Assembly (NCBI GenBank): GCA_963805945.1
Contig: CAWDVP010000001.1
Location: forward strand, 96,001 to 160,000
Direction of reading: 5' to 3'
Origin: Vulcanimicrobiota bacterium
GTDB taxonomy: Bacteria > Vulcanimicrobiota > Vulcanimicrobiia > Eremiobacterales > Eremiobacteraceae
Length of the DNA stretch: 64,000 nt
Numbering within the stretch: the stretch's first letter is position 1; each line of letters begins with the position of its first letter. Below the pieces are notes generated by a model that saw only the letters and a list, made by a program, of their open reading frames with translations, ran no database searches and had not been told where the DNA came from. This document shows positions 23,411 through 32,460 of the stretch, in pieces. Position numbers and translations under genes: made by a program.

Positions 23411-23481
23411 CGGCTGCGCCTATGGCGCGCGGCCGGCGTTCTCCTTGCGACGTGAGGCGGTACCGCGATCGTCATAAGTCC

Positions 23482-23507
23482 GGGCCGAACTGAAGTTCGG
23501 CCCCTAC
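23482..23507 (-). repeat. GTAG-type REP-like palindrome
   Basis: Identical to the 22162 copy. Confidence 0.8.
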
Positions 23508-23521
23508 AGCTCGGGCACTAC

Positions 23522-25102
23522 ATGCTTGTGGGAGCGCTGCTATCGCTGCTCGGGTGTCACAAGGCCGGTGAGCTCCCCGCCAGCCCGTCGGCGCAGACGA
23601 TCGTCTTCAACGCATCGGAAGATCCACACTCGCTCAATCCGATCCTCGCGCGCAGCGACGACGAACGTCAGTTGGCGCACTTGAGCTTCGACATGCTGCT
23701 CGACACCGACGAGCGGGGCCGCCCGGTGCCGGCACTGGCGACGCAGGTCCCGACCGTCGACAACGGCGGCATCAGCGCAGATGGGCTGACGATCACCTAT
23801 CATCTGCGCCATGGCGTCGCGTGGCACGATGGCGTGGGATTCAGCTCTCGCGATGTCCGCTTCACGTGGCGCGCGATCGTCGCCGCGGGCGGCGGCGCCG
23901 CGAGCACCTACGGATACGACGCGATCCGCACGATCGAGACCCCCGATCCGTTCACCGCAGTCGTGCGGCTGAAACGGCGCTGGGCGCCCGCCGTGCAGAC
24001 GCTCTTCACCTATGGCGCGCATCCGATGCCGCTGCTGCCGGCGCATCTGCTCGAGGGCGCGGACATCGAAGCGTACCGGCGTTTTGACACCCATCCTGTC
24101 GGCACGGGACCATTCGCGCTGCAGTCATGGGAGCGCGCTTCCCGGCTCGTCTACCGCGCCAACCCGGCATATTATCGCGGGGCGCCGCGCGCGAAAGAGA
24201 TCGTCGTTCAGATCGTGCCGGATTTCAACACCGACCTCACGCTGCTGCGCTCCGGTGAGCTCGATTGGTCGCTGCTCTCACCGGCGCAGCGGCTGTCGCT
24301 CGGCGGCGCGCCGGGCGTGCGCATCGTCTACGCCCCGTTCGCCGGATTCGGCGCGCTCGTCCTCAACACGCGCCGCGCCCCCTTCGACGACACGCGCATG
24401 CGACGGGCGATCGCGAGCAGCATCGACCGCGCGCGCCTGAGCCAGGCGATCACGCAGGGCCAGTACGCCGTCACGGACAGCGACCAGCCGCCCTTCTCGT
24501 GGGCGTACGATCCGGGCGCGCGCCTGCCGCCCTACGACGCGGCCGCGGCGGACCGGGCCCTTGACGATCTCGGTTGGACGCGCGGGCCGGACGGAATGCG
24601 GCGCAAGCAGGGACGGCCATTGGCGATCATCCTGGCGGTGTTCCCCGAAGGCGATACGGCGGTACGCACGGCCGAGTACGTCGAGCGCATGCTCGCCCAG
24701 CGCGGCGTGGCGGTGACGATCAAGAAGGTGACGCTCGCCCACTTCTATCTGCCCAAGTCGGCGGGCGGGCTGCTCATGAGCGGCGCCTACGACCTCGCCT
24801 ACATGGCGTACCGGTCAGGCGAAGACCCGGATGATGCCGACCTTGTGACCTGCGCGGGCGCGTCCAATTATGCCGGCTATTGCAATGCTGAGGTCGACGC
24901 CCTCGAGACGGCGGCGCTGGCGACGGCGCGTGCGCCGGAGCGCGCCGCGCTCTACGCGCGCGTCCAGAGGGCGCTGGCCCGCGACGTGCCATACGTGTTT
25001 CTGTACGCGCCGACATACGGGTACGCGGTTGCCGGCGCGATGCGCGGGTTCGCGCCGACGCCGTTCTCGCCGACCGCGAACGCTTGGCGCTGGGAGAAGT
25101 AG
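23522..25102 (+). CDS. ABC transporter peptide-binding lipoprotein (family 5)
   Basis: LLGC lipobox; SLNP, ISADGLTITYHLR, PVGTGPF. Confidence 0.9.
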   Translation: MLVGALLSLLGCHKAGELPASPSAQTIVFNASEDPHSLNPILARSDDERQLAHLSFDMLLDTDERGRPVPALATQVPTVDNGGISADGLTITYHLRHGVAWHDGVGFSSRDVRFTWRAIVAAGGGAASTYGYDAIRTIETPDPFTAVVRLKRRWAPAVQTLFTYGAHPMPLLPAHLLEGADIEAYRRFDTHPVGTGPFALQSWERASRLVYRANPAYYRGAPRAKEIVVQIVPDFNTDLTLLRSGELDWSLLSPAQRLSLGGAPGVRIVYAPFAGFGALVLNTRRAPFDDTRMRRAIASSIDRARLSQAITQGQYAVTDSDQPPFSWAYDPGARLPPYDAAAADRALDDLGWTRGPDGMRRKQGRPLAIILAVFPEGDTAVRTAEYVERMLAQRGVAVTIKKVTLAHFYLPKSAGGLLMSGAYDLAYMAYRSGEDPDDADLVTCAGASNYAGYCNAEVDALETAALATARAPERAALYARVQRALARDVPYVFLYAPTYGYAVAGAMRGFAPTPFSPTANAWRWEK

Positions 25103-25133
25103 TGCCCGAGCGCAGCTCGGGTCCGACGCTGCG

Positions 25134-25406
25134 CTAGACCGCGCGCCACGCCTCCGCCGGCTCGTCGAACGCGAGCAGCCCCGCTTCGGTGAGCGCATCG
25201 AGCAGCTGTCGCGTGCGCTTGCGGTCGTGTTTGTTGGGCATGCCCTGCCAGAGCATGGCGATCTGCGCCACGCTGATGGGAGCCGCCCCGGCGAGCACGT
25301 TGGTGAGGATGAATTCGCGCGTGAAACCGAGTGTGTCGATCAGGGCGATGATCTCATCGCCGCGACCGGTCGCGCCGAGGCGCTCGATGAATTCTTGTTC
25401 GGTCAT
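25134..25406 (-). CDS. Small hypothetical protein
   Basis: 90-aa ORF with genome-like codon usage. Confidence 0.6.
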   Translation of the reverse strand: MTEQEFIERLGATGRGDEIIALIDTLGFTREFILTNVLAGAAPISVAQIAMLWQGMPNKHDRKRTRQLLDALTEAGLLAFDEPAEAWRAV

Positions 25407-25443
25407 CCGAGCGCCCCGCCGCCTTTGCCGCTGCTGCGGCTGC

Positions 25444-25893
25444 TTACATGGAAGTCCCCATCGTGAGATTCGCGCACGCCTTGTACACGTTGATCTCCGC
25501 GAGCGACTTGTGCGTGTTGATCGACGTGCCGGCCACGACGACCTGGCTGTACGGCTTGTCGATGATCGTCGTGGAATGTCCAGCGACGATATCCGTCAGC
25601 GGGATCTTGACGCCGCCCGGATGCGCGCAGTCACCGACATGGATGTGCGTGGGCTGATGCGCACCGGCTGGTTCGCCGGTGAGGTCGATGACGACTTTCG
25701 TCGTGGCGCCCTGCGCGGTGATGGTGACGGTGCCGCTCTGGCCCGACTGGCCCGTCGGATTCAACTTGAAGACCTGGCTCTGCGTCGGCTTGCCACCGGT
25801 ATCACCGGCAGGCGGCGCGTTGACGGCGAGCGCGATGCCCACGGTCGCCACGGTCATAGCGACGAACGCAAGCCCGTATGAGAACTTATGCAT
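25444..25893 (-). CDS. Secreted CHRD/CuZn-SOD-like domain protein
   Basis: Signal peptide; QPTHIHVGDC, INTHKS, ACANL; GAGGAG RBS. Confidence 0.7.
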   Translation of the reverse strand: MHKFSYGLAFVAMTVATVGIALAVNAPPAGDTGGKPTQSQVFKLNPTGQSGQSGTVTITAQGATTKVVIDLTGEPAGAHQPTHIHVGDCAHPGGVKIPLTDIVAGHSTTIIDKPYSQVVVAGTSINTHKSLAEINVYKACANLTMGTSM

Positions 25894-26072
25894 GAAAAAA
25901 TCTCCTCTTCGAATGGCGAGATGTCCGGCGGGGGTTCGCGGACCACCGCCGGGCCGCCTGGTTGAAGCATGTCCCAAAAAAAGGGCCTGCAACAAAAAGG
26001 CCGCTTGGCTGGTATAGCTCATCAAGAGAACGTACGCAGACGGCCGGAGAGTTCCGGCGGAGGAGAGCAAAC

Positions 26073-26174
26073 ATGACGACGGTGCTTCAGACCATCGGCC
26101 TCGACTACCCCACGATCCTCACCCCGCCGTCCGAGCTCGGCGGCTTCCCGGGCTGGGGCGTCCGCATCGGCTAG
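26073..26174 (+). CDS. Putative 33-aa small protein MTTVLQTIGLDYPTILTPPSELGGFPGWGVRIG
   Basis: GGAGGAG RBS 7 nt before the ATG; nearly all codons end in G/C. Confidence 0.55.
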   Translation: MTTVLQTIGLDYPTILTPPSELGGFPGWGVRIG

Positions 26175-27548
26175 ACGCCCACACCCATCTCGAGCAGGGC
26201 CGGGGCGACCTCGCCCCTATGCCGGAAGACCCGCGCGAGGTCGGCGCGCACCATCGGCAGCGCCACGTCCGACAGTGGTGCGAGCGGCAGCCCATAGGTC
26301 ACGCGATCTTCCACCAGAGTCCCTTCGCCGTCTCGCGTAAAGCGATGTTCGTGCCGCCACACCTCATACGGGCCTCGCAGCTGATGATCCACAAAGCGAG
26401 CGCCCGGCTGCCAGTCGCTGATCAACGTCTTCCACCGAACCGGCACGCCGCGCACGCGCAGCGCGTACTCGATGATGGCGCCGCGTCGCATCGCGATCGG
26501 CTGCGGCGTGCGCATCCGGAAGTCGAGGTCCTGCGGCGTCATACGCGCGAGATTGCGCGCATCCGCGAAGAATCCGAAGACGGTCTCGATCGGTGCGTCA
26601 AAGCGCATGGACGATCCTAGCGTCTGCAGCGCGGGCGTTCGTCCGGTTCCCGGCGCGAGGATGTCGAGCAGCGCTTGCTCGAGCAGCTCGTGCTTGAACG
26701 CGAACCCGGCCGCAAGCGCGGCGTCGGGCAGCACGAGCTGGCTCGACCAACAGCGATGAGGCGAATTCTCCCAGCACGAGATACAGCGCCGGCGCCGGCG
26801 CGAACGCGAGCGACGGCCGTCCGAGCGCATGCCCGAGCGCTCGTGCGAAGCGCGCGCTCGTCGCCACGTCCGGCGAGACGGCGTTGATCGGCCCCTTCAA
26901 CCCGTTGTCCAAGGCGAACAGGAAGAGCGCGACGTCGTCATCGAGATGGATCCACGGCGCCCATTGGGTGCCATTGCCGAACGGTCCGCCCACGAACGCA
27001 CGGAAGGGCGCCAGCATCGGTGCAAGCGCGCCGCCGCCCGGACCGTAGACGAGACCCTGGCGAAGCACCGCGACCCGGATGCCGAGCCGCTCGGCGGCGA
27101 ACGATTCGGTCTCCCATGCGGCGCACACATCCGCGAGAAAGCCTTGACCCGGCAGACTTGATTCCACAAGCGGTGCGTCGCCGCGTTCGCCGTAATACCC
27201 CACCGCACTCGCGGCGATGAGCGCGCGCGGCCTGTTCGCGCACGCCGCGAGCGACGCCACGACGGCGCGCGTGCCGTGCTCCCGCGACTCGAGAATGGCT
27301 CGCTTCTTCTCCGGCGTCCAACGTCCGGCCACCGATTCACCGGCGAGATGGATGACTGCGTCCGCGCCTTCGTACGGTGACGGGTCCGGTGGTGCGCCGG
27401 CGTCGAACCGCAGCACGCGCACGGCGGCCGGGAAGTCCGCCCCGGCGGGAGTCCGCACGAGCGCCGTCACGACGTCGCCGCGCGCCGTGAGCGCGGCGAC
27501 GATCGCTGTGCCGATGAAGCCCGTGGCGCCGGTGACGACCACTTTCAT
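26171..27548 (-). CDS. TIGR01777 family epimerase fused to a C-terminal SRPBCC domain, frameshift near 26745
   Basis: MKVVVTGATGFIG, IHLAGE, WIHLDD; then FFADARNL..MTP, FVDHQLRGPY..WRHEHRF. Confidence 0.85.
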
Positions 27549-27659
27549 GCTTGGGACCGCATGCGCTTCGCCTTCGCCATAGAGCACTTCCCGCTTGCCT
27601 GCTTTCGCATAGGAAAGGGCGATCGGATGAGACGAAGCCGACACGCGGAGGTCGACGCC

Positions 27660-28160
27660 ATGCTCCTCGCCATCATACTCAGCCTGGTGCTCACGAGCTC
27701 GACGTTCACCGCAGGCGGCACGATCCCGGTGCGCGCGGTGTACAACGGATATGGATGCGCCGGCCAGAACATTCTGCCGAACCTCGCGTGGTCCGGTGCG
27801 CCTGCGGGCACGCGCAGCTTCGCGCTCACCGCGTTCGATCCGGATGCGCCTGCGCCCGGGGGCTGGTGGCATTGGGTGGCTTTCGACATTCCGGCTCACA
27901 CGGCCGGGCTCGGTGCGGCCTCTGAGGACGAAGCAAAGGCGGCCGGCACGACCTACGGCGTCAACAGTTTCGGCAAGCGAGCCTACGATGGACCATGTCC
28001 GCCGCCCGGCCGCCCGCATCACTACGTCTTCACGCTCTATGCCCTCGACGTCAGCTCCGTGTCCGGCGCAGGGCCGCGCACGACCGGCCCCGAGCTGAGC
28101 ACGTTGATCGAGCGCCACGTGCTCGGCACGACGACGTTGACAGGACTCTACGGCCGGTAG
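27660..28160 (+). CDS. YbhB/YbcL (PEBP) family protein
   Basis: DPDAP..GWWHW, YDGPCPPPG.PHHYVFTLYALD. Confidence 0.92.
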   Translation: MLLAIILSLVLTSSTFTAGGTIPVRAVYNGYGCAGQNILPNLAWSGAPAGTRSFALTAFDPDAPAPGGWWHWVAFDIPAHTAGLGAASEDEAKAAGTTYGVNSFGKRAYDGPCPPPGRPHHYVFTLYALDVSSVSGAGPRTTGPELSTLIERHVLGTTTLTGLYGR

Positions 28161-28204
28161 AGGTCGCATCGCCACACGGGCTCGAAAGGCGGCGCGTGGC
28201 CAAG

Positions 28205-28798
28205 ATGACGAGGATCTACACGCGCGCCGGCGACGCCGGGGAGACCGGTCTCGTCGGCGGTCAGCGTATCCCGAAAGACGCCTTGCGGATCGAGTGTTTC
28301 GGCGACATCGACGAGTGCTCGAGCCTCATCGGCCTCGCGCGCACGGCGCTCGCGGCGGATCTCGCGCAGGGTGCGGCGTTGGGGACGTTCGACGCGTGGC
28401 TCGGGTGGACGCAGGATGCGCTCTTCAATCTCGGCAGCGATCTTGCCACGCTCCCCAAAGATCGTCGCGACACGATGCCGCGCATCGGGCCGGCCGACGT
28501 GAAGGCGCTCGAATCAGCGATCGATGCAGCGCAGGCGGGATTGCCGCCGCTCGACTCGTTCATCCACCCAGGCGGCTCGTCGCCCGGCGCGTTTCTGCAT
28601 CTGGCACGAGCGGTTTGCCGGAGGGCGGAGCGTCACATCGTCAGGCTCTCGCACAGCGAACCGGTGGAACCGGTCGTGCTCGAGTACGTCAACCGGCTTT
28701 CGGACGCGCTTTTCGTGTGGGCGCGCTATGTCAACTATGCACGAGATGCTGCTGAGCGCCGCTGGAACCCGGACTCCCGGCCACCCGATTCTTTCTGA
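28205..28798 (+). CDS. PduO-type cob(I)alamin adenosyltransferase
   Basis: IYTRAGDAGET, GDIDE, RAVCRRAER, YVNRLSDALF. Confidence 0.92.
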   Translation: MTRIYTRAGDAGETGLVGGQRIPKDALRIECFGDIDECSSLIGLARTALAADLAQGAALGTFDAWLGWTQDALFNLGSDLATLPKDRRDTMPRIGPADVKALESAIDAAQAGLPPLDSFIHPGGSSPGAFLHLARAVCRRAERHIVRLSHSEPVEPVVLEYVNRLSDALFVWARYVNYARDAAERRWNPDSRPPDSF

Positions 28799-29912
28799 GG
28801 TTGAGCACCCGCTCGAACACGCCGATCGTCTGCGACGCGGTGACTTCCCATGTCATGAGCGCGGCGCGGCGCCGTCCGAGTTCGCGCAGGTTGTCGGCGA
28901 GCTCGTCTTCCGATAGGACCAGCATGAGCGCATTGGCGAGCGCGTCGGCGTCGCCGCTCGGGAAATACAGCGCGGCATCACCGCCGGCCTCGGGTATGCC
29001 GGCCGCGTCCGACGCGATCACCGGCGCGCCGTACGCCATCGCCTCGAGCACGGGCAGGCCGAAACCTTCATAGCGGGATGGATACACGACGGCACGCGCA
29101 TGCGCGTAGAGCGACGCGAGCACGCTGTCGGAGACGTGGCCGAGATAACGGATGGGTGCGCCCGTCGAATGCATGGTGCGGCTGCTCGACGGTCGACTGA
29201 AGTCGAACGCTCCATCATCGCCGCGCACCTGCCGATTGAAGTCGACCGCTGCGGGCACAGCCGAATCGCCGACGCGCCGCCCGGCGACGACGAGCGTCGG
29301 CGGATCGGTCATCTTCGCGAGCGCGGCCTCCAAGATATCGAGCCCTTTGCGCGGCTCGGTCTCGCCCACCAAGAGGATGAAGGGATCGGCGATCGGCGGC
29401 GGCCCCGGAGCGACCCGGATGGGATCGACGCCGAGGTGGACGACGTCGATGCGCCCGGGTTCGATGTTGAGATGGCGCACCAGCTCGCCTTTGGAGAAGT
29501 GCGAGTCCGTGATGATGTGGTTCGCGGTGGCCGCGGCGACGCGGAAGGGCCGTTGTTCGCGCTCTTTGACCTCCGGATTCTCCGGCGGCATGGCGAAGAG
29601 CGACGCGTCGTGCAGCGTCGCGACGCTGATGCCCGGCGCGATCCAGCTGATGCCGTTCCACGGGAACCAGACGAGGTCGAATGATTTCGCCGAGACGGCG
29701 CCGCGATGCACCGCCGGCAGGGCGAGCCCGCCGATCTCCTGTCGATAGCGCGCCGCGTGCAGCAGCGGCGGCCACTCGGGGATGATGAGCGTGATGGCGA
29801 CGTTGTCGCGGCTATAGCCGGACCAGCAGCGCAGCATGGCCCGCGTGTAGCGGCCGATGCCGCGATGATCGCCCGGGAGATTCCAAGCGTCGACGCCGAT
29901 GTGCAATGGCAA
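28731..29912 (-). CDS. Glycosyltransferase family 4
   Basis: GIGRY, TLHD, EPRKG, YPSRYEGFGLPVLEAMAYGAPV. Confidence 0.9.
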   Translation of the reverse strand: MPLHIGVDAWNLPGDHRGIGRYTRAMLRCWSGYSRDNVAITLIIPEWPPLLHAARYRQEIGGLALPAVHRGAVSAKSFDLVWFPWNGISWIAPGISVATLHDASLFAMPPENPEVKEREQRPFRVAAATANHIITDSHFSKGELVRHLNIEPGRIDVVHLGVDPIRVAPGPPPIADPFILLVGETEPRKGLDILEAALAKMTDPPTLVVAGRRVGDSAVPAAVDFNRQVRGDDGAFDFSRPSSSRTMHSTGAPIRYLGHVSDSVLASLYAHARAVVYPSRYEGFGLPVLEAMAYGAPVIASDAAGIPEAGGDAALYFPSGDADALANALMLVLSEDELADNLRELGRRRAALMTWEVTASQTIGVFERVLNLRKNRVAGSPGSSGAQQHLVHS

Positions 29913-29965
29913 GCGATTTCACCTCGTGCGGAGGGTGATGAGGTTTTGACGCACAATTCGACCGG

Positions 29966-30868
29966 GTGCCGAGTACTCCCCGTGTCGTCGCTCACATGAT
30001 AGTCGGTCGCAAGATCGAGCCGTATCTGGGCGATGCGCTGGTCTCGCTCGCCGGTGTCTGCGATCACGCTGTGATCAACGACAACTCCAGCCTCGAAGAA
30101 CCGCCCAATGAGGCGGCGATCCTCGCCAGTCCCTTCGCCAAAAGCGGACGCCTGACACACCTGCACACCCGCTTCGTCGATTTCGCCGGTGCGCGCAACG
30201 CCTGCATCGATGCGACGCCGGTCACGTTTAGCGGTCAGTGGGCCCTATTCGCCGATGCGGACGAGGTGCATGGCGACGAACTGGCGGCGATGGCGGCAGT
30301 CCTGCCGCGTCTGCCGCCCGACGTCGACACGCTCGACGGCTACTCCCGGAACTTCATCGGCTCTTTTTGCTATTGGAACACGCTCCATCGACGTTTACGC
30401 TTCTTCCGGCTGACAGCGCAACGCCGCTGGGAAGGCAGCGTGCACGAGCGCCTCAGCGACCTGCGGCGGCGTGAAGCGGTCCCCGCCATCGGCGCGCACT
30501 ACGGCCATGTGTGCACGCCGGAAAGCGAAGTCGAGCGCGAGCGGCTTTACAAGACGCTCGGTCAGCCGCGGACGCTCTTGGACCGCGCGTCGGTCGAGCA
30601 CGTCAGCCCAGCGCTCGTGTGGGGCGATTGGCTGCGCGATGCGCTTCCGTTCACGGGCCGGCATCCGCCCGCGGTGCTCGAGACGATCGCGCTGCTCAGC
30701 CCGCAGTGGGCGGACACCTTCGCCGAGGTGGATCGTATCGTCGCATCGCAGAGCCCGGTCGATCGCGTGCGCAATCAGTTCCGCAAGGCGGACTATAGCC
30801 GGCTGCTGTTGTTCCGCACGGCGCAAGCAAGGCTGCGCTGGGGATACCACGAAACGCACTCTCGATGA
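29966..30868 (+). CDS. Glycosyltransferase family 2-like protein
   Basis: DFAGARN, WALFADADE, RFFR...WEGSVHE, HYG. Confidence 0.75.
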   Translation: MPSTPRVVAHMIVGRKIEPYLGDALVSLAGVCDHAVINDNSSLEEPPNEAAILASPFAKSGRLTHLHTRFVDFAGARNACIDATPVTFSGQWALFADADEVHGDELAAMAAVLPRLPPDVDTLDGYSRNFIGSFCYWNTLHRRLRFFRLTAQRRWEGSVHERLSDLRRREAVPAIGAHYGHVCTPESEVERERLYKTLGQPRTLLDRASVEHVSPALVWGDWLRDALPFTGRHPPAVLETIALLSPQWADTFAEVDRIVASQSPVDRVRNQFRKADYSRLLLFRTAQARLRWGYHETHSR

Positions 30869-31431
30869 AGTCGACTCTACGCATGCACCGAACTTCTCTC
30901 TTCGCCCTGACCGCCTGTGCCGTTCTGATGCTCGCCGTGACGGCGAGCGCGGCGACGTCGCCGCCCGGCCCCGGCAAGGCGCCTGACCTCTTGTCCGGCA
31001 AGGAACTCGTCATCGGCGGCGCGGTCGGCGGCGGCCCGTTGCCGAGCGGCGCGAGCGGGCACCACGTGGCGTGGAACGCCAGCGTGGAGCTCACCGAGCA
31101 CGACGCATTTCTCGTGTCGAACGGCGCGTGCGCGTTCAACATCTCATACGAGCTGTTCAACGTGGGCCCGGTCGACGCCACCGGTCCGTTCAAGAACGTC
31201 ATCCGCAGCGACGCGAGCACGGTGAGCACGCAGTCGGCGTTGTCGCAGGCGGCGAACACGCACCGCACGATCAGCACGCAGGCCTACCTTTCGCCGGGTT
31301 CGCACTTGCTCAGCATCGCGCTCGACGACGGCCACGTGGTCCCGGAGTCGAATGAGATGAACAACTACTACGCTATCAGGTACACGCTGGGCGGGAAGTG
31401 CGGCAAAGCGCCGGTGACGCCGGCGCACTGA
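30865..31431 (+). CDS. Secreted CARDB-like domain protein
   Basis: Signal peptide; PDL...LDDGHVVPESNEMNN. Confidence 0.7.
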   Translation: MKSTLRMHRTSLFALTACAVLMLAVTASAATSPPGPGKAPDLLSGKELVIGGAVGGGPLPSGASGHHVAWNASVELTEHDAFLVSNGACAFNISYELFNVGPVDATGPFKNVIRSDASTVSTQSALSQAANTHRTISTQAYLSPGSHLLSIALDDGHVVPESNEMNNYYAIRYTLGGKCGKAPVTPAH

Positions 31432-31494
31432 CGCGCTCTCGCCGCATCGCGCGCGCACGCAGGAAACCGCAGGCGAGCGCGCAAGCATCCGGCC

Positions 31495-31911
31495 ATGGAA
31501 CCACTCGACCTCACCAAAGCGCCACCGCGCAGCCCGAAAGAGCGGCTCGACGGCCTGCTCATGATGCCGCGTACGATCGATAAGATGCGTGCCACGCTGC
31601 CCGGCGGGAACATCGGCGGCTACAAGATCCCTGGTTATAGCGCTCGCATGATGGAGATGCTCGGCGTCCGGGAGGCTGATCTGCTCGCGGAGGTGCGGCG
31701 CGCCTCCAGTGAAGCGGAGATCGCGGCCTGGGTGCGCTCACACGCGGACCCCGCCAAGTATGACGAGATCAACCGTTATTTCGAAGGGCTCACGTTCGAC
31801 GGCGTGAAGGACAAAGACGCCTTCGATCTGCGCTACCCGGCCCGCAAGAGGCTCGGCCTTACCAGTCTGCTCGACGTGCTCGACGCCGATGACCTCGAGT
31901 CGTTCGCCTAG
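31495..31911 (+). CDS. DUF5069-like protein
   Basis: DLTKAPPRSP..RLDGL..MPRTIDKMRA..PG..GGY. Confidence 0.7.
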   Translation: MEPLDLTKAPPRSPKERLDGLLMMPRTIDKMRATLPGGNIGGYKIPGYSARMMEMLGVREADLLAEVRRASSEAEIAAWVRSHADPAKYDEINRYFEGLTFDGVKDKDAFDLRYPARKRLGLTSLLDVLDADDLESFA

Positions 31912-32186
31912 GTCTTCTGCAGCCGCGCTAGCCGCGTTTTGATGTCGCCGGCCGAGCAGCCGGCGACGCGGAAGAGCTTGTCTTTCGATCTCGCCCCGCG
32001 CACCAGCTCGACCCGCGATGGCGCCACGCTCAATGCTCTGGCAAGCGCTGCGCGGCAGGCCTCGTTGGCCTTGCCCTCGTGCGCGCGCTCGGCGACGCGC
32101 ACGTGCAGCGTGCCCTCCACGAACGTGATGCCCGGCGATCTCGAGCCGGGCTTAGCGATCACGGCGACCAGGGCGTCGCCGTTCAA
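31908..32186 (-). CDS. DUF167 (YggU-like) protein
   Basis: KPGS, EGKANEA, LVRGARSKDK. Confidence 0.85.
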   Translation of the reverse strand: MNGDALVAVIAKPGSRSPGITFVEGTLHVRVAERAHEGKANEACRAALARALSVAPSRVELVRGARSKDKLFRVAGCSAGDIKTRLARLQKT

Positions 32187-32284
32187 TCCTTGCGCACGCC
32201 CACGTCGGCGCCGTGCTTGGCGAGCGCATTGAAGAGCTCGCGCATCGAGGTGGTGCGGACGTACCCAAATGCTGCAGGAAACAT
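32183..32284 (-). pseudogene. 33-aa ORF resembling the N-terminus of a CoxM/CutM FAD-binding subunit (probable remnant)
   Basis: MFPAAFGYVRTTSMRELFNALAKHGADVGVRKD*; AAGGGGGA RBS; stop overlaps the DUF167 start. Confidence 0.5.
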
Positions 32285-32385
32285 CCGTGTCCCCCTTCTT
32301 CGGTTGCGTCCAATTCGCACGAGCGCTCGCCAGGCCTCCTATCGAACAAGCTTTCGCTCGCTCCGAGGAAACTGAGAATCACCTG

Positions 32386-32411
32386 GGAACCTTGGCACGT
32401 GAGCCTGCGTT
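32386..32411 (+). promoter_or_regulatory. Putative ECF sigma promoter
   Basis: GGAAC-N17-CGTT about 50 nt upstream of ATG 32461. Confidence 0.4.
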
Positions 32412-32460
32412 TCAATGGCAGACCCTAGCACCATTGTCATTCGCTCTGGGAGGTAGTCAC

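Noticed and set aside
26073..26174. Lasso peptide precursor call for the small ORF
   Set aside because: No acidic residue at core position 7-9 after a plausible cleavage site, and no cyclase or peptidase genes nearby.
28731..28798. Tail-to-tail overlap of the adenosyltransferase and GT4 genes as a regulatory device
   Set aside because: Short convergent overlaps are common and could also arise from an indel error.
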